Part shown: positions 54,624 to 64,000 of the stretch, piece after piece
How the letters are laid out: each line of letters opens with the position of its first letter
Position numbering within the stretch: position 1 is the first letter of the stretch
Assembly: GCA_963743915.1 (NCBI GenBank)
Contig: CAVURN010000003.1
Span: 32,001-96,000, forward strand
Source: an uncultured Actinomycetota bacterium
Lineage (GTDB): Bacteria > Actinomycetota > Actinomycetes > JAHEKZ01
Direction of reading: 5' to 3'
DNA length: 64,000 nucleotides
Notes under the pieces: model-generated
What the model saw: the letters and a program-made list of their open reading frames with translations, nothing else
The model's database searches: none
Told to the model about the DNA's origin: nothing
Position numbers and translations under genes: made by a program

Positions 54624-55764
54624 TCACACGAACCGGGAGACACCCGGTATCCGCACCACGAGAGACGCCAGGAGGAACGACCCGACCGTCCCCAGCACGC
54701 AGGCGAGCAGGAACTCCAGCTCAGGGCCCGAGGCTGATCTCGCGGGTCAGCAGAACTGCGCCGACCAGCACCAGCTGGTGCACGAGGAAGGCGGCGAACG
54801 CTCCGCGGCTCATCTCCTGCAGCAGGGGACCCTGGTGGTCGAACCGACGCCGGAACACGTCGATCAGCCAGATCGACATCCCGATCACCAGTGCGGCCTC
54901 GACGAAGACCAGGATCGCCGACGGCCAGTTCAGGCCGCCCGCGAAGTCCTCCGGTCCACCCCCGGTCGCCACGCTGAGGCCGATCGCGCCGATGATCACG
55001 ACCACCGACCCCCACGCGAGCCAGCGACAGCCGCGCGCGATCTGACGGGGCAGCTCGTCGAACCACCCGCGTTCCCCGCCCAGGCAGCCGAGCGCGAAGC
55101 CCAGCACCCAGCCCGGGGCCTGGCCCAGCGCCAGGCGATACGCCTCCTCGCCGAGCGGCACGTCCAGGCGGATGACGAACGATGCGACCGCCATCAGCGC
55201 CCCTCCCACGAGCAGGGGCGTCCATGTCAGCGGCGTCCGGCGTCCGGACGCCGGACGTACCACCCGGACGAGTGCGTAGCCGAACGAGAACGCCAGCAGC
55301 ACGCCGAGGAACCAGGTCGGCCCCGGCGCCGGCGGCCACCAGATGTCCACGGTGAAGGCCCAGAAGTCCCGCGTCATCCCCTGGGTGCTGTCGTCCACGT
55401 ACTCGACCGGAGGGCTGAACACGATGATGAAGAACAGCATCGGGACACCCAGCCGGACCGTCCGGTCGAGCAGGAACCGCCCTGCCCCCTTGCGCTCGAA
55501 CGACCGCGGGGTGAAGGTCCCGGCGATCAGGAAGAACAGCCCGAGCCCGAACAGTCCAGCGATCGCGGCGACGATGGTGACCAGCGTGAACAGCGGCTCG
55601 CGGAGGGGCTCCTCCTTCACCACCCAGTTTCCGACGTCGGTCCAGGCGAAGGTCGCGTGCGCCACGATCACGCCGACGACCATCAGCACCTTGAGGTTGT
55701 CCAGGTACGCCGTGCGGTGGGACGTCGGACGTCCGGCCGACACGACAGTGGCCTCGTCGCGCAC
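54624..55764 (-). CDS. Acyltransferase-3 family membrane protein (frameshift near 54725)
   Basis: YLDNLKV...VAH, FFLIAG, RLGVP, GPTWFL, AFLVH; last TM helix PELEFLLACVLG...RIPGVSRFV continues in another frame to 54624. Confidence 0.87.
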
Positions 55765-56010
55765 GCGTGAACACCTCCTGCGGGACCGAACCTAGAGGCA
55801 CTCACGAGGCGACGACAGAGGCTTTCGGGCGCACGCGTCGGCGTCCGGTCCTCCTGCCCACCGACCGACGTCTCGACGTCGAGATCACGCTCCGTCGCGC
55901 GAGGAAGCACGGTGTGTCAACCGCCCCGTTACGCCATGGCCCCCCGCCGCGCGGGGACGTAGCCTGCGCACCACCTCACCCTCATCCACCACGGGGGGCA
56001 GGAGGCAGTC

Positions 56011-57343
56011 ATGCGCATGCTCACCCCGGCCGACGCCGAGTACGACGAGGCCCGTGGGCTCTTCAACAGGTCCATCGACAAGCGTCCGGCGGTCATCGCC
56101 CAGTGCGCGACGCCTGACGACGTCGCCGAGGCACTGCGCTACGCGGACGACCACAGTCTGGCCATCGCCGTCCGCGCCGGTGGCCACTCGGTGTCGGGGC
56201 TGTCGACCAACGACGGGGGCATCGTGATCGACGTCCGCCCGATGAAGGACATCACGATCGACCCGAAGGCCAGGACTGCGCGCGTGGCTGCCGGCGTCAA
56301 CTGGGGTGAGTTCGACGCCGCCAACGCCGCCCACGGCCTGGCCACGACTGGAGGTCGAGCCGTGACGACCGGTGTCGCCGGCTACACGCTCGGCGGTGGC
56401 GACGGCTGGCTGTCCCGCAAGTTCGGGCTCGCGTGCGACAACCTGCTCTCGGTCTCGCTGGTGACCGCGGACGGACGTCAGGTGCGCGCGTCCGAGGACG
56501 AGAACCCTGAGCTGTTCTGGGCGCTGCACGGGGGTGGCGGCAACTTCGGTGTGGCGACCGAGTTCGAGTTCCGTCTGCACCCCTTGGACGGACCAGATCT
56601 ATGCGGGTCTCGCGGCATGGCCGCTGCAGGAGTACGGACGCGACGTCGCGCGCGCGTACCGCGACCTGATGGAGGACGCGCCGGACGAGATGGGAACCGC
56701 GGTCGCCGTGATCAGTGGGCCGCCCGAGGACTTCGTGCCGCCGGAGCTGGTCGGCCAGAACCTCATCGGGCTCGCGGTCTGCTACGCCGGCCCCGCCGAC
56801 GAGGGCAAGGACGCCATGAAGCCGCTCATGGACATGGACCCGCCGCTCAACCTGGTCGGCCCGATGCCGTACACCGAGCTGCAGATCATGCTCACCGACC
56901 CGGAGGGCTTCCACCACTACTGGAGCGCCGACTACCACGACGCGTTCGACGACGACGCGATCGACATCTTCCTCGACGGCGGCGCGAACCGAGCGGGCCC
57001 GCTGGACCAGCAGTTCCTGGTTCCGTGGGGCGGCGCCGTGCAACGGGTGGCGGACGACGCGACACCACTGGCCCACCGGTCGACGCAGTGGATCACCCAC
57101 CCCTTCGCGGTGTGGGAGCACCCGGGTGAGGCTGACGGGCACATCGAGTGGGTCCGCAACTTCCGGCGCGACATCGCGGGACACACCAACGGCGGCGTCT
57201 GGCTGAACTTCATCGGCGCCGAGGGCCAGGACCGCGTCCGGGCGGCTTTCGGCGAGGAGAAGTACAACCGGCTCGCCGCGGTGAAGGCCGAGTACGACCC
57301 GACGAACCGGTTCCGCGGCAACCAGAACATCGAGCCGGCCTAG
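56011..57343 (+). CDS. FAD-binding oxidoreductase with BBE domain (frameshift near 56594)
   Basis: RAGGHS, GYTLGGG, LFWALHGGGGNFGV, WLNF, KAEYDPTNRFRGNQNI. Confidence 0.92.
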
Positions 57344-57386
57344 CGGCCGCGTGGACCGGACCTGGCGCGGTCGGCCGTTCTGGCGC

Positions 57387-57453
57387 CGAGTGGCGCGTTG
57401 CACGCATCCTGGAGGTGATCTGCGCGCTGATTTTGCGTGCAGCGCACCACTCG
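57387..57453. repeat. 67-bp REP/REPIN-like hairpin (CGAGTG family)
   Basis: CGAGTGGCGCGTTGCACGCA / TGCGTGCAGCGCACCACTCG, 18 of 20 complementary. Confidence 0.8.
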
Positions 57454-57466
57454 AGGGAGAGACCCC

Positions 57467-58090
57467 ATGGACCGCGACACCCTGCGCGCCGCCCAGCGAC
57501 CGCTGAAGGCCCAGTACCGCGAGACGCCGGACGCGGCGGTCATCACGCTGCAGGCGCAGGGGTCCCTCGGTGAGGGGGTGACCTGCTCGGTCGACACCGG
57601 CCGGGCGATGGCGGTGGCCGGGCTGCACCCGGCCACCGGTGGCTCGGGCGCCAATGTCTGCTCCGGCGACCTGCTCCTGCAGGCGCTGGTCGCGTGCGCC
57701 GGCGTCACCTTGCAGGCCGTGGCCACGAACCGGGACATCCCGGTGAACGGCACCGTGCGCGCGGAGGGCGACCTCGACGTCCGCGGCACGTTGGGGGTCG
57801 ACCCGGACGCCCCCGTGGGGTTCCGGGCGATCCGGCTGGTCTTCGAGCTGGAGTCCGAGGCGTCCGCGGAGCAGCTGGACGAGCTCGTCACGACCACCGA
57901 GCGCTACTGCGTCGTGCTTCAGACCCTGCTGAGCACCCCGACGATCGACGTCTCCGTCGAATCGACTGATGGTCTGAGTGGAGTTCACGACGGGCTGACC
58001 TCGAGCGGGACGACGCCCGCGCGGATCCCGACCAGGACGGCCTGGAGCTGGGTGTGCACCTGCAGCTTGTGCAGGAGCGACTTGATGTGA
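57467..58090 (+). CDS. OsmC family protein (true end may be near 57969)
   Basis: QRPLKAQY, GLHPATGG, CSGDLLLQALVACAG, TERYCVV; last about 40 aa overlap the convergent gene. Confidence 0.87.
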   Translation: MDRDTLRAAQRPLKAQYRETPDAAVITLQAQGSLGEGVTCSVDTGRAMAVAGLHPATGGSGANVCSGDLLLQALVACAGVTLQAVATNRDIPVNGTVRAEGDLDVRGTLGVDPDAPVGFRAIRLVFELESEASAEQLDELVTTTERYCVVLQTLLSTPTIDVSVESTDGLSGVHDGLTSSGTTPARIPTRTAWSWVCTCSLCRSDLM

Positions 58091-59011
58091 CCCCTGACCG
58101 TGCTCTCGCAGATCCCCAACTGGTCGGCAACCCCGCTGCTGGTGAGCCCCTCAGCCAGTCCCAGCAGGACGTCGCGCTCGCGAGGGGTCAGCAGCTCAGC
58201 GCGCCGCACGGCGCTCGGGTCGACGGTCGGGACGTGGTCCCCGTCGGTGTGGAACACCATGACGATCTCTTCGACGCCCCCGACCACCGGCGTCGTCAAC
58301 GGCGTGCACACCACCGAGACCGTGCCCGCCGGGCCCGCGGCCGACGACAGGATGATCGACTCACTGTCCTGCGTGCGGACTGCTCGCCTTACGGCGTGCA
58401 CGACGCGGCGAGCCGCGTCCAGCACCGAACCGCCACCGACAGACGGCGTCTACCGGCTCGCCGACGGAACGCCCCGGATGGGCGACCAGGGCAAGCCAGG
58501 TTGAGGTGGCCGCCACGATGCGACCCTCCGCGTCGATGAGGACGACCGGGTCCGGCATGGCCTCGACCAGGGCCGTGAGTCGCTCCCGGGTGGGTCGGCC
58601 TGAACGGGCGAGCTCCTGCAGCCCGGTGGCATCCCGGCTGATGACGACGGTGTAGGTGCGGTCGCCGTCCCTCGGCAGGACGCGCGCCGTGGTCTCGAGC
58701 CAGCGGTAGCAGCCGTCCCGGTGCTGGACGCGGTGGACGTGCCGCACCGGACGCCCCGAGCGTCGCGCCTCCACCTGACCCAGGGCCCAGCTGCAGCGGT
58801 CGTCGGGATGGTCGAGGGCGTCCACGTCGCTGCCCACCAGCTCCTGCGGGCTGAACCCGAGCAGCTCGATGGACGCGGCGGACGCGAACACCGTGACGCC
58901 TTCGCCGTCGGAAACCCGAATCAGGTCTGGAGCTTCGTCCATGATCGCCGCGAGCGCCGTCCACGGAGCGCCCCGGGCCGGGGAAGGGGCCAGGTCGATG
59001 GTGTGGAGCAT
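57985..59011 (-). CDS. PAS-domain LuxR-family regulator (frameshift near 58440)
   Basis: LGFSPQELVG, HPDD, RDGCYRWLE; second PAS-like segment; LTPRERDVL...STVRGHIKSLLHKL. Confidence 0.85.
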
Positions 59012-59189
59012 GCATCGTCCCCCGATCTCTAGTTCCCGCTTTGAACGGTATGCCCCATCTGGGGGAGGTCGTCAGGGTCGTACGTCACCTCCCCCCTCAC
59101 CTGCGGCTTCTCCGTGGGACCGCACAGCGCTAGACACGAAGAAAGTGAAGGGAGTTCCCCCTCCGCCTCGAGCGACCTAAGGAGCAGAC

Positions 59190-59853
59190 ATGAAGTTCAC
59201 CAGGGCCGCGCTCGCACTGGCGGGCGCCACCGCCCTCGTCGTGAGCGGCATCGCGGCACCGGCGCTAGCCGATACCGATGTGCCGATCTACGGCGGGACG
59301 ACAACGATTACCACGACGGCGAAGTCACTGCCGAAGATCACTGGTGCCGGCATTGTGATGGGTGCCCAGGACGCGACTTCGGCATACGTGACGAAGAAGG
59401 GTGAAGCGCGTCAGAAGTTCACCTTCGACATCGCCACCCCCAGCAACCTCAAGCTGGAAGACGACCCGATCACCAACAAGGAAGGCTCGGTCACCGGTGG
59501 GCGTGTGACCCACACAGGGAGCCATCACCTTCCTGAACACCAAGAACGGCAAGGACGTCGCGGTGGGTGACTTCGTCATCAACTTCAAGAAGGGCAAGGT
59601 CTTCGCCACCAGTGTGAACGGTGACGCGATCGACCCCCTCGCGGTCTTCACGCTCGACGTGATCGACCCTCCGCTGTACCCGGTCTACGACGACGAGCTG
59701 ACGCCGACGACGGCGAAGATCGCCGGAGTGAACCTGCTCATGACAGCCAAGGCTGCCGACACGCTCAACGAGCTGCTCAAGACCGGTGTCTTCGCGAAGG
59801 ACCTGAAGTTCGGCAAGGCGGTCGCGATGGCTGACCTCGTCGAGCCCGTGTAG
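59190..59853 (+). CDS. Secreted protein of unknown function (frameshift near 59518)
   Basis: TAAGGAG RBS, signal peptide ...ALA/D; joined frames read HTG-AITFLN...VGDFVIN...AADTLNELL...FGKA. Confidence 0.75.
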
Positions 59854-59888
59854 TACTCAGCGGTGTCTTCCGGAGTTCCGATGACATC

Positions 59889-59916
59889 AAGAGGGGCGGC
59901 GCAAGCCGCCCCTCTT
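59889..59916 (+). terminator. Intrinsic terminator
   Basis: Perfect 12-bp stem AAGAGGGGCGGC-GCAA-GCCGCCCCTCTT. Confidence 0.82.
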
Positions 59917-59955
59917 CCGTGCCCTGGGGGCCCTCGCAAGAATCTTCTGGCAGGC

Positions 59956-59982
59956 TGTCGATCCCGGTGTCACCCGTTCGTA
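59956..59982 (+). promoter_or_regulatory. Putative ECF42-type promoter
   Basis: TGTCGA-N17-CGTA upstream of yciI-sigma pair; -35 matches the ECF42 motif. Confidence 0.55.
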
Positions 59983-60031
59983 CAGAGGGTAAGAGGCCGG
60001 AACAGCCGGCCCGACCCGCGAGGAGCCAGTC

Positions 60032-60400
60032 ATGCCCGAGTACCTGCTCTCCGTCTACGGCGACGAGGCCGAGTTCGCCGCCGCCGAGGCCAACCCCGAG
60101 CTGATCGCCCAGATGTACGCCGACGTCGACAAGTTCAACCAGCGGCTGCAGGAGGCCGGTGCGTGGGTCTTCGCCGGAGGCCTGCACCGCTCCCACACCG
60201 CCACCGTGGTGCGCGCGCAGAAGGACGGCGACGTGCTCACCACCGACGGGCCGTACATCGAGTCCAAGGAGAAGCTGGGCGGCTTCTGGATCATCAAGGC
60301 ACCCGATCTCGACGCCGCGCTCGTCTGGGCCAGGGACGGCTCCGCCGCCTGCCAGGGCCCGGTCGAGGTCCGGCCCTTCCAGGAGGAGCCGGAGGCGTGA
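60032..60400 (+). CDS. YciI/DGPF family protein
   Basis: [28 protein letters not shown]. Confidence 0.93.
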   Translation: MPEYLLSVYGDEAEFAAAEANPELIAQMYADVDKFNQRLQEAGAWVFAGGLHRSHTATVVRAQKDGDVLTTDGPYIESKEKLGGFWIIKAPDLDAALVWARDGSAACQGPVEVRPFQEEPEA

Positions 60401-60422
60401 CCCGTTTGCTCCGCTCTCGAGC

Positions 60423-61649
60423 ATGAACCGGACGGACGGATCGGACGCTGTCGAGCGGGTCTTCCGCGAGGACGCCGGGCGCGCCATCGCCACGCTGGTG
60501 CGCGTCTTCGGTGACATCGACGTCGCCGAGGAGGCCGTGCAGGACGCCTTCACGGTCGCGTCCGAGCGGTGGCCCGTCGACGGCGTCCCGCCGAGCCCGG
60601 CCGGATGGATCATCACGACGGCCCGCAACCGGGCGATCGACAAGCTGCGCCGCGAGTCGTCGCGCACTGACCGGTATCGGCAGGCTGCGCTCCTGCACGC
60701 TCAGCACGAGCCCGAGGAGGTGGGACCGGTGGCCGACGACCAGCTCCGCCTGCTCTTCACCTGCTGCCACCCGGCGCTCGCGGCGCAGGCTCAGGTCGCG
60801 CTCACGCTCCGTCTGATCGGCGGGTTGCAGACACCACAGATCGCGAAGGCGTTCCTGGTCAGTGACGCCACGATGCAGCAACGCATCGTCCGCGCGAAGG
60901 CGAAGATCCGTGACGCGCACATCCCCTACCGCGTGCCGTCGGACGCCGATCTGCCCGACCGGCTCCGCTCCGTGCTCGCCGTGGTCTACCTGATCTACAA
61001 CGAGGGGTACCTCGCCAGCGGCGGCGACGCCGTCGACCGCGACGAACTCCGGACGGAGGCAATTCGCCTGGCCCGGCAGCTGGTCACGTTGATGCCGGAC
61101 GAGGCGGAAGCCGTCGGACTGCTCGCGCTGCTGCTCTTGACGGAGTCGCGGGCAGCAGCACGTCGTACGCCGAGCGGCGCCTGGGTGCTGCTCGAGGACC
61201 AGGACCGCAGCCGCTGGGACGCTGCGCTGATCACCGAGGGCCAGTCGCTGGTGAGAGCCTGCCTGCGCCGCAACCACCCTGGTCCGTACCAGGTGCAGGC
61301 GGCGATCGCTGCTGTGCACAGCGACGCCTTCACGGCGTCCGACACCGACTGGGCGCAGATCGTCGCGCTCTACGACCAGCTACTGGCACTGCAGCCGACC
61401 CCGGTGGTGGCAATGAACCGCGCGATCGCGGTCGCCGAGGTGGACGGTCCGGGCGTCGCGCTCGCGCTCGTCGACGATCTCGAGCTGCAGGGCTACCACC
61501 TGTGGCACGCCACCCGCGGCGACCTGCTCGAGCGACTCGGCCACACCGACGCGGCGCGGGACGCCTTCGCGCGCGCGGCGTCCCTGACGGACAACCCCGC
61601 GGAGCGCGACCTCCTCGAGCAGCGGGTGTACGGCACACCTTCGGGGTGA
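60423..61649 (+). CDS. ECF42-type sigma factor with DUF6596/TPR extension
   Basis: [51 protein letters not shown]. Confidence 0.93.
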   Translation: MNRTDGSDAVERVFREDAGRAIATLVRVFGDIDVAEEAVQDAFTVASERWPVDGVPPSPAGWIITTARNRAIDKLRRESSRTDRYRQAALLHAQHEPEEVGPVADDQLRLLFTCCHPALAAQAQVALTLRLIGGLQTPQIAKAFLVSDATMQQRIVRAKAKIRDAHIPYRVPSDADLPDRLRSVLAVVYLIYNEGYLASGGDAVDRDELRTEAIRLARQLVTLMPDEAEAVGLLALLLLTESRAAARRTPSGAWVLLEDQDRSRWDAALITEGQSLVRACLRRNHPGPYQVQAAIAAVHSDAFTASDTDWAQIVALYDQLLALQPTPVVAMNRAIAVAEVDGPGVALALVDDLELQGYHLWHATRGDLLERLGHTDAARDAFARAASLTDNPAERDLLEQRVYGTPSG

Positions 61650-61703
61650 CTTGCCGGGGCTATAACCCTGACGAAGTTCCCCAAAGGCGTGCGGTAGGCC
61701 ACC

Positions 61704-62734
61704 TCACGCCGCGCACCACGCGAGCAGCTCGTCCGCCGACCAGGTGTTGATGATCCGGTCGGTCGGTACGCCGCACTCCGCGGCTCGCGCGCACCCGTAC
61801 GCCTGCCAGTCCAGCTGACCGGGTGCATGTGCGTCGGTGTCGATGGAGAAGTAGCAGCCTTGGTCCAGCGCCTGGCGGATCAGCCGCCGCGGTGGGTCGA
61901 GACGTTCGGGCCGGCAGTTGACCTCGACCGCGACACCGAACCGTCGGCACGCCTCGAAGACCAGGTCGGCCTCGAACTCCGACTCGGGGCGCTTGCGGTT
62001 GCCGGCCACCATGCGTCCGGTGCAGTGCCCCAGCACGTCCATGTGCGGGTTGGCGATCGCGGTCACCATCCGCCTCGTCATCACGTCGCTGGGCGAGCGC
62101 AGCTTGCTGTGCACCGACGCCACGACGACGTCCAGCCGCTCGAGCAGCTCCGGCTCCTGGTCGAGGCGGCCGTCCTCGAGGATGTCCACCTCGATGCCGG
62201 TGAGCAGCCGGAACGGCGCCAGCTCGGCGTTCACCTGGTCGACGACGTCCAGCTGCTGACGCAGCCGTTCGGGCGACAGCCCGTTGGCGACCTTCAGGGT
62301 CGGTGAGTGGTCGGTGAGCACCGCGTAGTCGTGGCCCAGCTCGGCAGGCCGTCATCGCCATCTCCCGGATCGGACTGCCCCCGTCGCTCCAGTCCGAGTG
62401 CACGTGCAGGTCACCGCGCAACGCGGCGAGCAGGTCGGCTCCGTCACCGGGGTCCGGCGCTGGATGCGTCTCCAGCTCAGCCAGGTACTCCGGGACGCCG
62501 CCACGTGCGCACTCGACGAAGACCGCCGGACGTCTTGGGACCGATGCCCGGCAGGTCGGTCAGGGTGCCGTGAGCGGCGCGCCCCGCGACGTCGGCGACC
62601 GGCAGGGCGTCCAACGCGTTGGCGGCGCCCCGGAACGCCTTGACGCGGTGCGTCTCGGCCAGCTCGCGCTCGAGCAGGAAGGCGACGCGACGCAGTCCGG
62701 CGATCCCGCGTCCGACGTCGAGCTCCCCTGTCAT
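61704..62734 (-). CDS. HhH + PHP domain protein (frameshifts near 62525 and 62345)
   Basis: HRVKAFRGAA...LPGIGPKT; GDLHVHSDWSDG; TDHS, ASVH, GHCTGR, DTDAH. Confidence 0.87.
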
Positions 62735-62833
62735 GGCACCACCGTGCCACGACGTGCCGAGTCCGGAGTAGATGCGCAGGCAGCGGGTCGGCTGTGCGCA
62801 TCTGCTCCGGACTCGGCGACAGATCACCCAGAG

Positions 62834-63475
62834 CTAGGCAGCCCGCGTCAGCTCGGGACGCTTCGCCAGCAGGACGCCGAGCGTCGCGTAACCGATCAGC
62901 AGGTGGGTGCCACCGACGATGGTCGACCCCAGCTCGCCGAAGACGATCATCGACGGGATGGTGACGAACGCCCAGCTCTCGGCGACCATCGGCCACCAGC
63001 GCAGCACACCCTGCCAACGGCCGGCGAATGCCACCTTCACTCCGATGACGAACATCCCGACCATCGACAGCGGCCAGAACAGGTCCAGCGCCATCAGCCA
63101 GGGAGCCTCCTGCAGGGACGCGGGCACCACCGCGTGCAGCACGGACCAGGTCGTCGCCAGCCCGAGCAGCACGAACTCCACGCGGATCATGGCGCGCGCG
63201 GCACGGGTGACGCCGGTCGCTCCGGTCGCGAGCATCACCGACAGCAGCGCGAACAGCCCGAGCTGGAAGGCCGCACCTCCCAGGTCGCCCACGCGGCCCT
63301 CGGCACCACCCGACGTCGGCCCGAACGCGAAGATCGTCGCGGCCCAGGTGACGGCACCGGCCGTCAGCAGGTACCCGCGGCGGCGGATCGAGTCGAGCCC
63401 GAGGCGGTGCTCCGGCTCTGCGACGGACGCGGTGGGCCGGGGGTCGAACGCCGTTGCGGCGGTCGTGTGGTTCAT
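62834..63475 (-). CDS. Hypothetical membrane protein
   Basis: GAAGGAGG RBS; about six TM segments; DLFWPLSMVGM. Confidence 0.78.
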   Translation of the reverse strand: MNHTTAATAFDPRPTASVAEPEHRLGLDSIRRRGYLLTAGAVTWAATIFAFGPTSGGAEGRVGDLGGAAFQLGLFALLSVMLATGATGVTRAARAMIRVEFVLLGLATTWSVLHAVVPASLQEAPWLMALDLFWPLSMVGMFVIGVKVAFAGRWQGVLRWWPMVAESWAFVTIPSMIVFGELGSTIVGGTHLLIGYATLGVLLAKRPELTRAA

Positions 63476-63535
63476 GACGGTTCCTCCTTCGTGCGGCACC
63501 CGGTGTGCCGCGCCGCCCTGAACACTGCGGGGCAC

Positions 63536-63633
63536 GGCGTCCCGACCGGCAGGGCGCAGCGTCCCGAATCCCGCCCTTCCCGATGTCCCGGCGACACGGG
63601 ACTCCAGTCCTCGGGACATCGGGACTCCGGGAC
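63536..63633. promoter_or_regulatory. TCCCG/CGGGA motif array, probable regulator sites
   Basis: Five TCCCG then four CGGGA; perfect 13-bp IR at 63578-63590 and 63612-63624. Confidence 0.5.
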
Positions 63634-63640
63634 CGCCACC

Positions 63641-64000
63641 ATGGACGCCGTGAGCACCACGACCGAATCGGGCCGGCCTGCAGACGGCCTCGCCACCGCT
63701 GCGATCGTCGGCGTGGTCGTCATCGCCGTGGCGACGTTGGTGCTCGACGTGCTCACAAGGGATGTCGTCGCCCCGGACTCGGCCGGTGTCGAGCCTGGCT
63801 GGACTGCCCTGATCCCCGGTCTCGCGATGGTGGTTCCTGGTGCCCTGCTGCTGCGGCAGATGCCGCGACACCCCGTCGCCTGGGTGCTGGTCGGTTTCGG
63901 CTTCCTGTGGACGCTCGACGGGCTGGCGGCGTCGTGGGCGACGTACGGGCTGTACGTCGACACCGAGGTGCCGATGGTCGACCTGGCCTACTGGTTCTAC
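63641..64000 (+). CDS. Membrane protein N-terminus, probably sensor histidine kinase (partial)
   Basis: Open frame to window end; TM helices with GALLLRQMPRHPVAWVL typical of actinobacterial sensor kinases; catalytic domain not in window. Confidence 0.6.
   Translation, partial: MDAVSTTTESGRPADGLATAAIVGVVVIAVATLVLDVLTRDVVAPDSAGVEPGWTALIPGLAMVVPGALLLRQMPRHPVAWVLVGFGFLWTLDGLAASWATYGLYVDTEVPMVDLAYWFY

Noticed and set aside
57970-58090. C-terminal extension of OsmC
   Set aside because: Lies antisense to the LuxR domain; a TGA at 57967-57969 one frame off suggests another indel

Overview
High-GC actinobacterial chromosome (class Actinomycetia, probably not a mycolic-acid lineage; not placeable more finely by eye). 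About 14 isolated single-base frameshifts, including one in essential dnaX, point to an imperfectly polished long-read or MAG sequence. The first 31 kb is the conserved actinomycete core: CoA-NUDIX, tlpA, nth, crp, MBL/NUDIX/RidA, two ArsA-like ATPases, whiB4/wblA, ponA, tRNA-Pro, asd/ask, recR/ybaB/dnaX, SRP RNA, two tRNA-Ser, tadA, pntAB and rocD. Additions within it are an RsiG-like anti-sigma and a KhtTU-like K+ system. The region 31-64 kb is accessory. The strongest candidate for an undescribed system is 37.9-49.9 kb: glf, a GlfT2-like and a GlfT1-like galactofuranosyltransferase, five paralogous sulfotransferase-fold proteins (four lacking the canonical 3'-phosphate-binding Ser), a Sulfotransfer_2-type enzyme and a pyruvyltransferase. 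This suggests a sulfated and pyruvylated galactofuranan wall polymer. Other signals: a dispersed CGAGTG...CACTCG repeat family, two copies of which bracket an apparently inverted 2.3-kb tRNA-Pro segment; a 47-codon tandem duplication diverged almost only at synonymous sites; a perfect BldD box upstream of wblA; and an orphan non-pyrrolysine MttB methyltransferase. No CRISPR array, integrase or transposase was seen. All calls come from motif reading without database searches.
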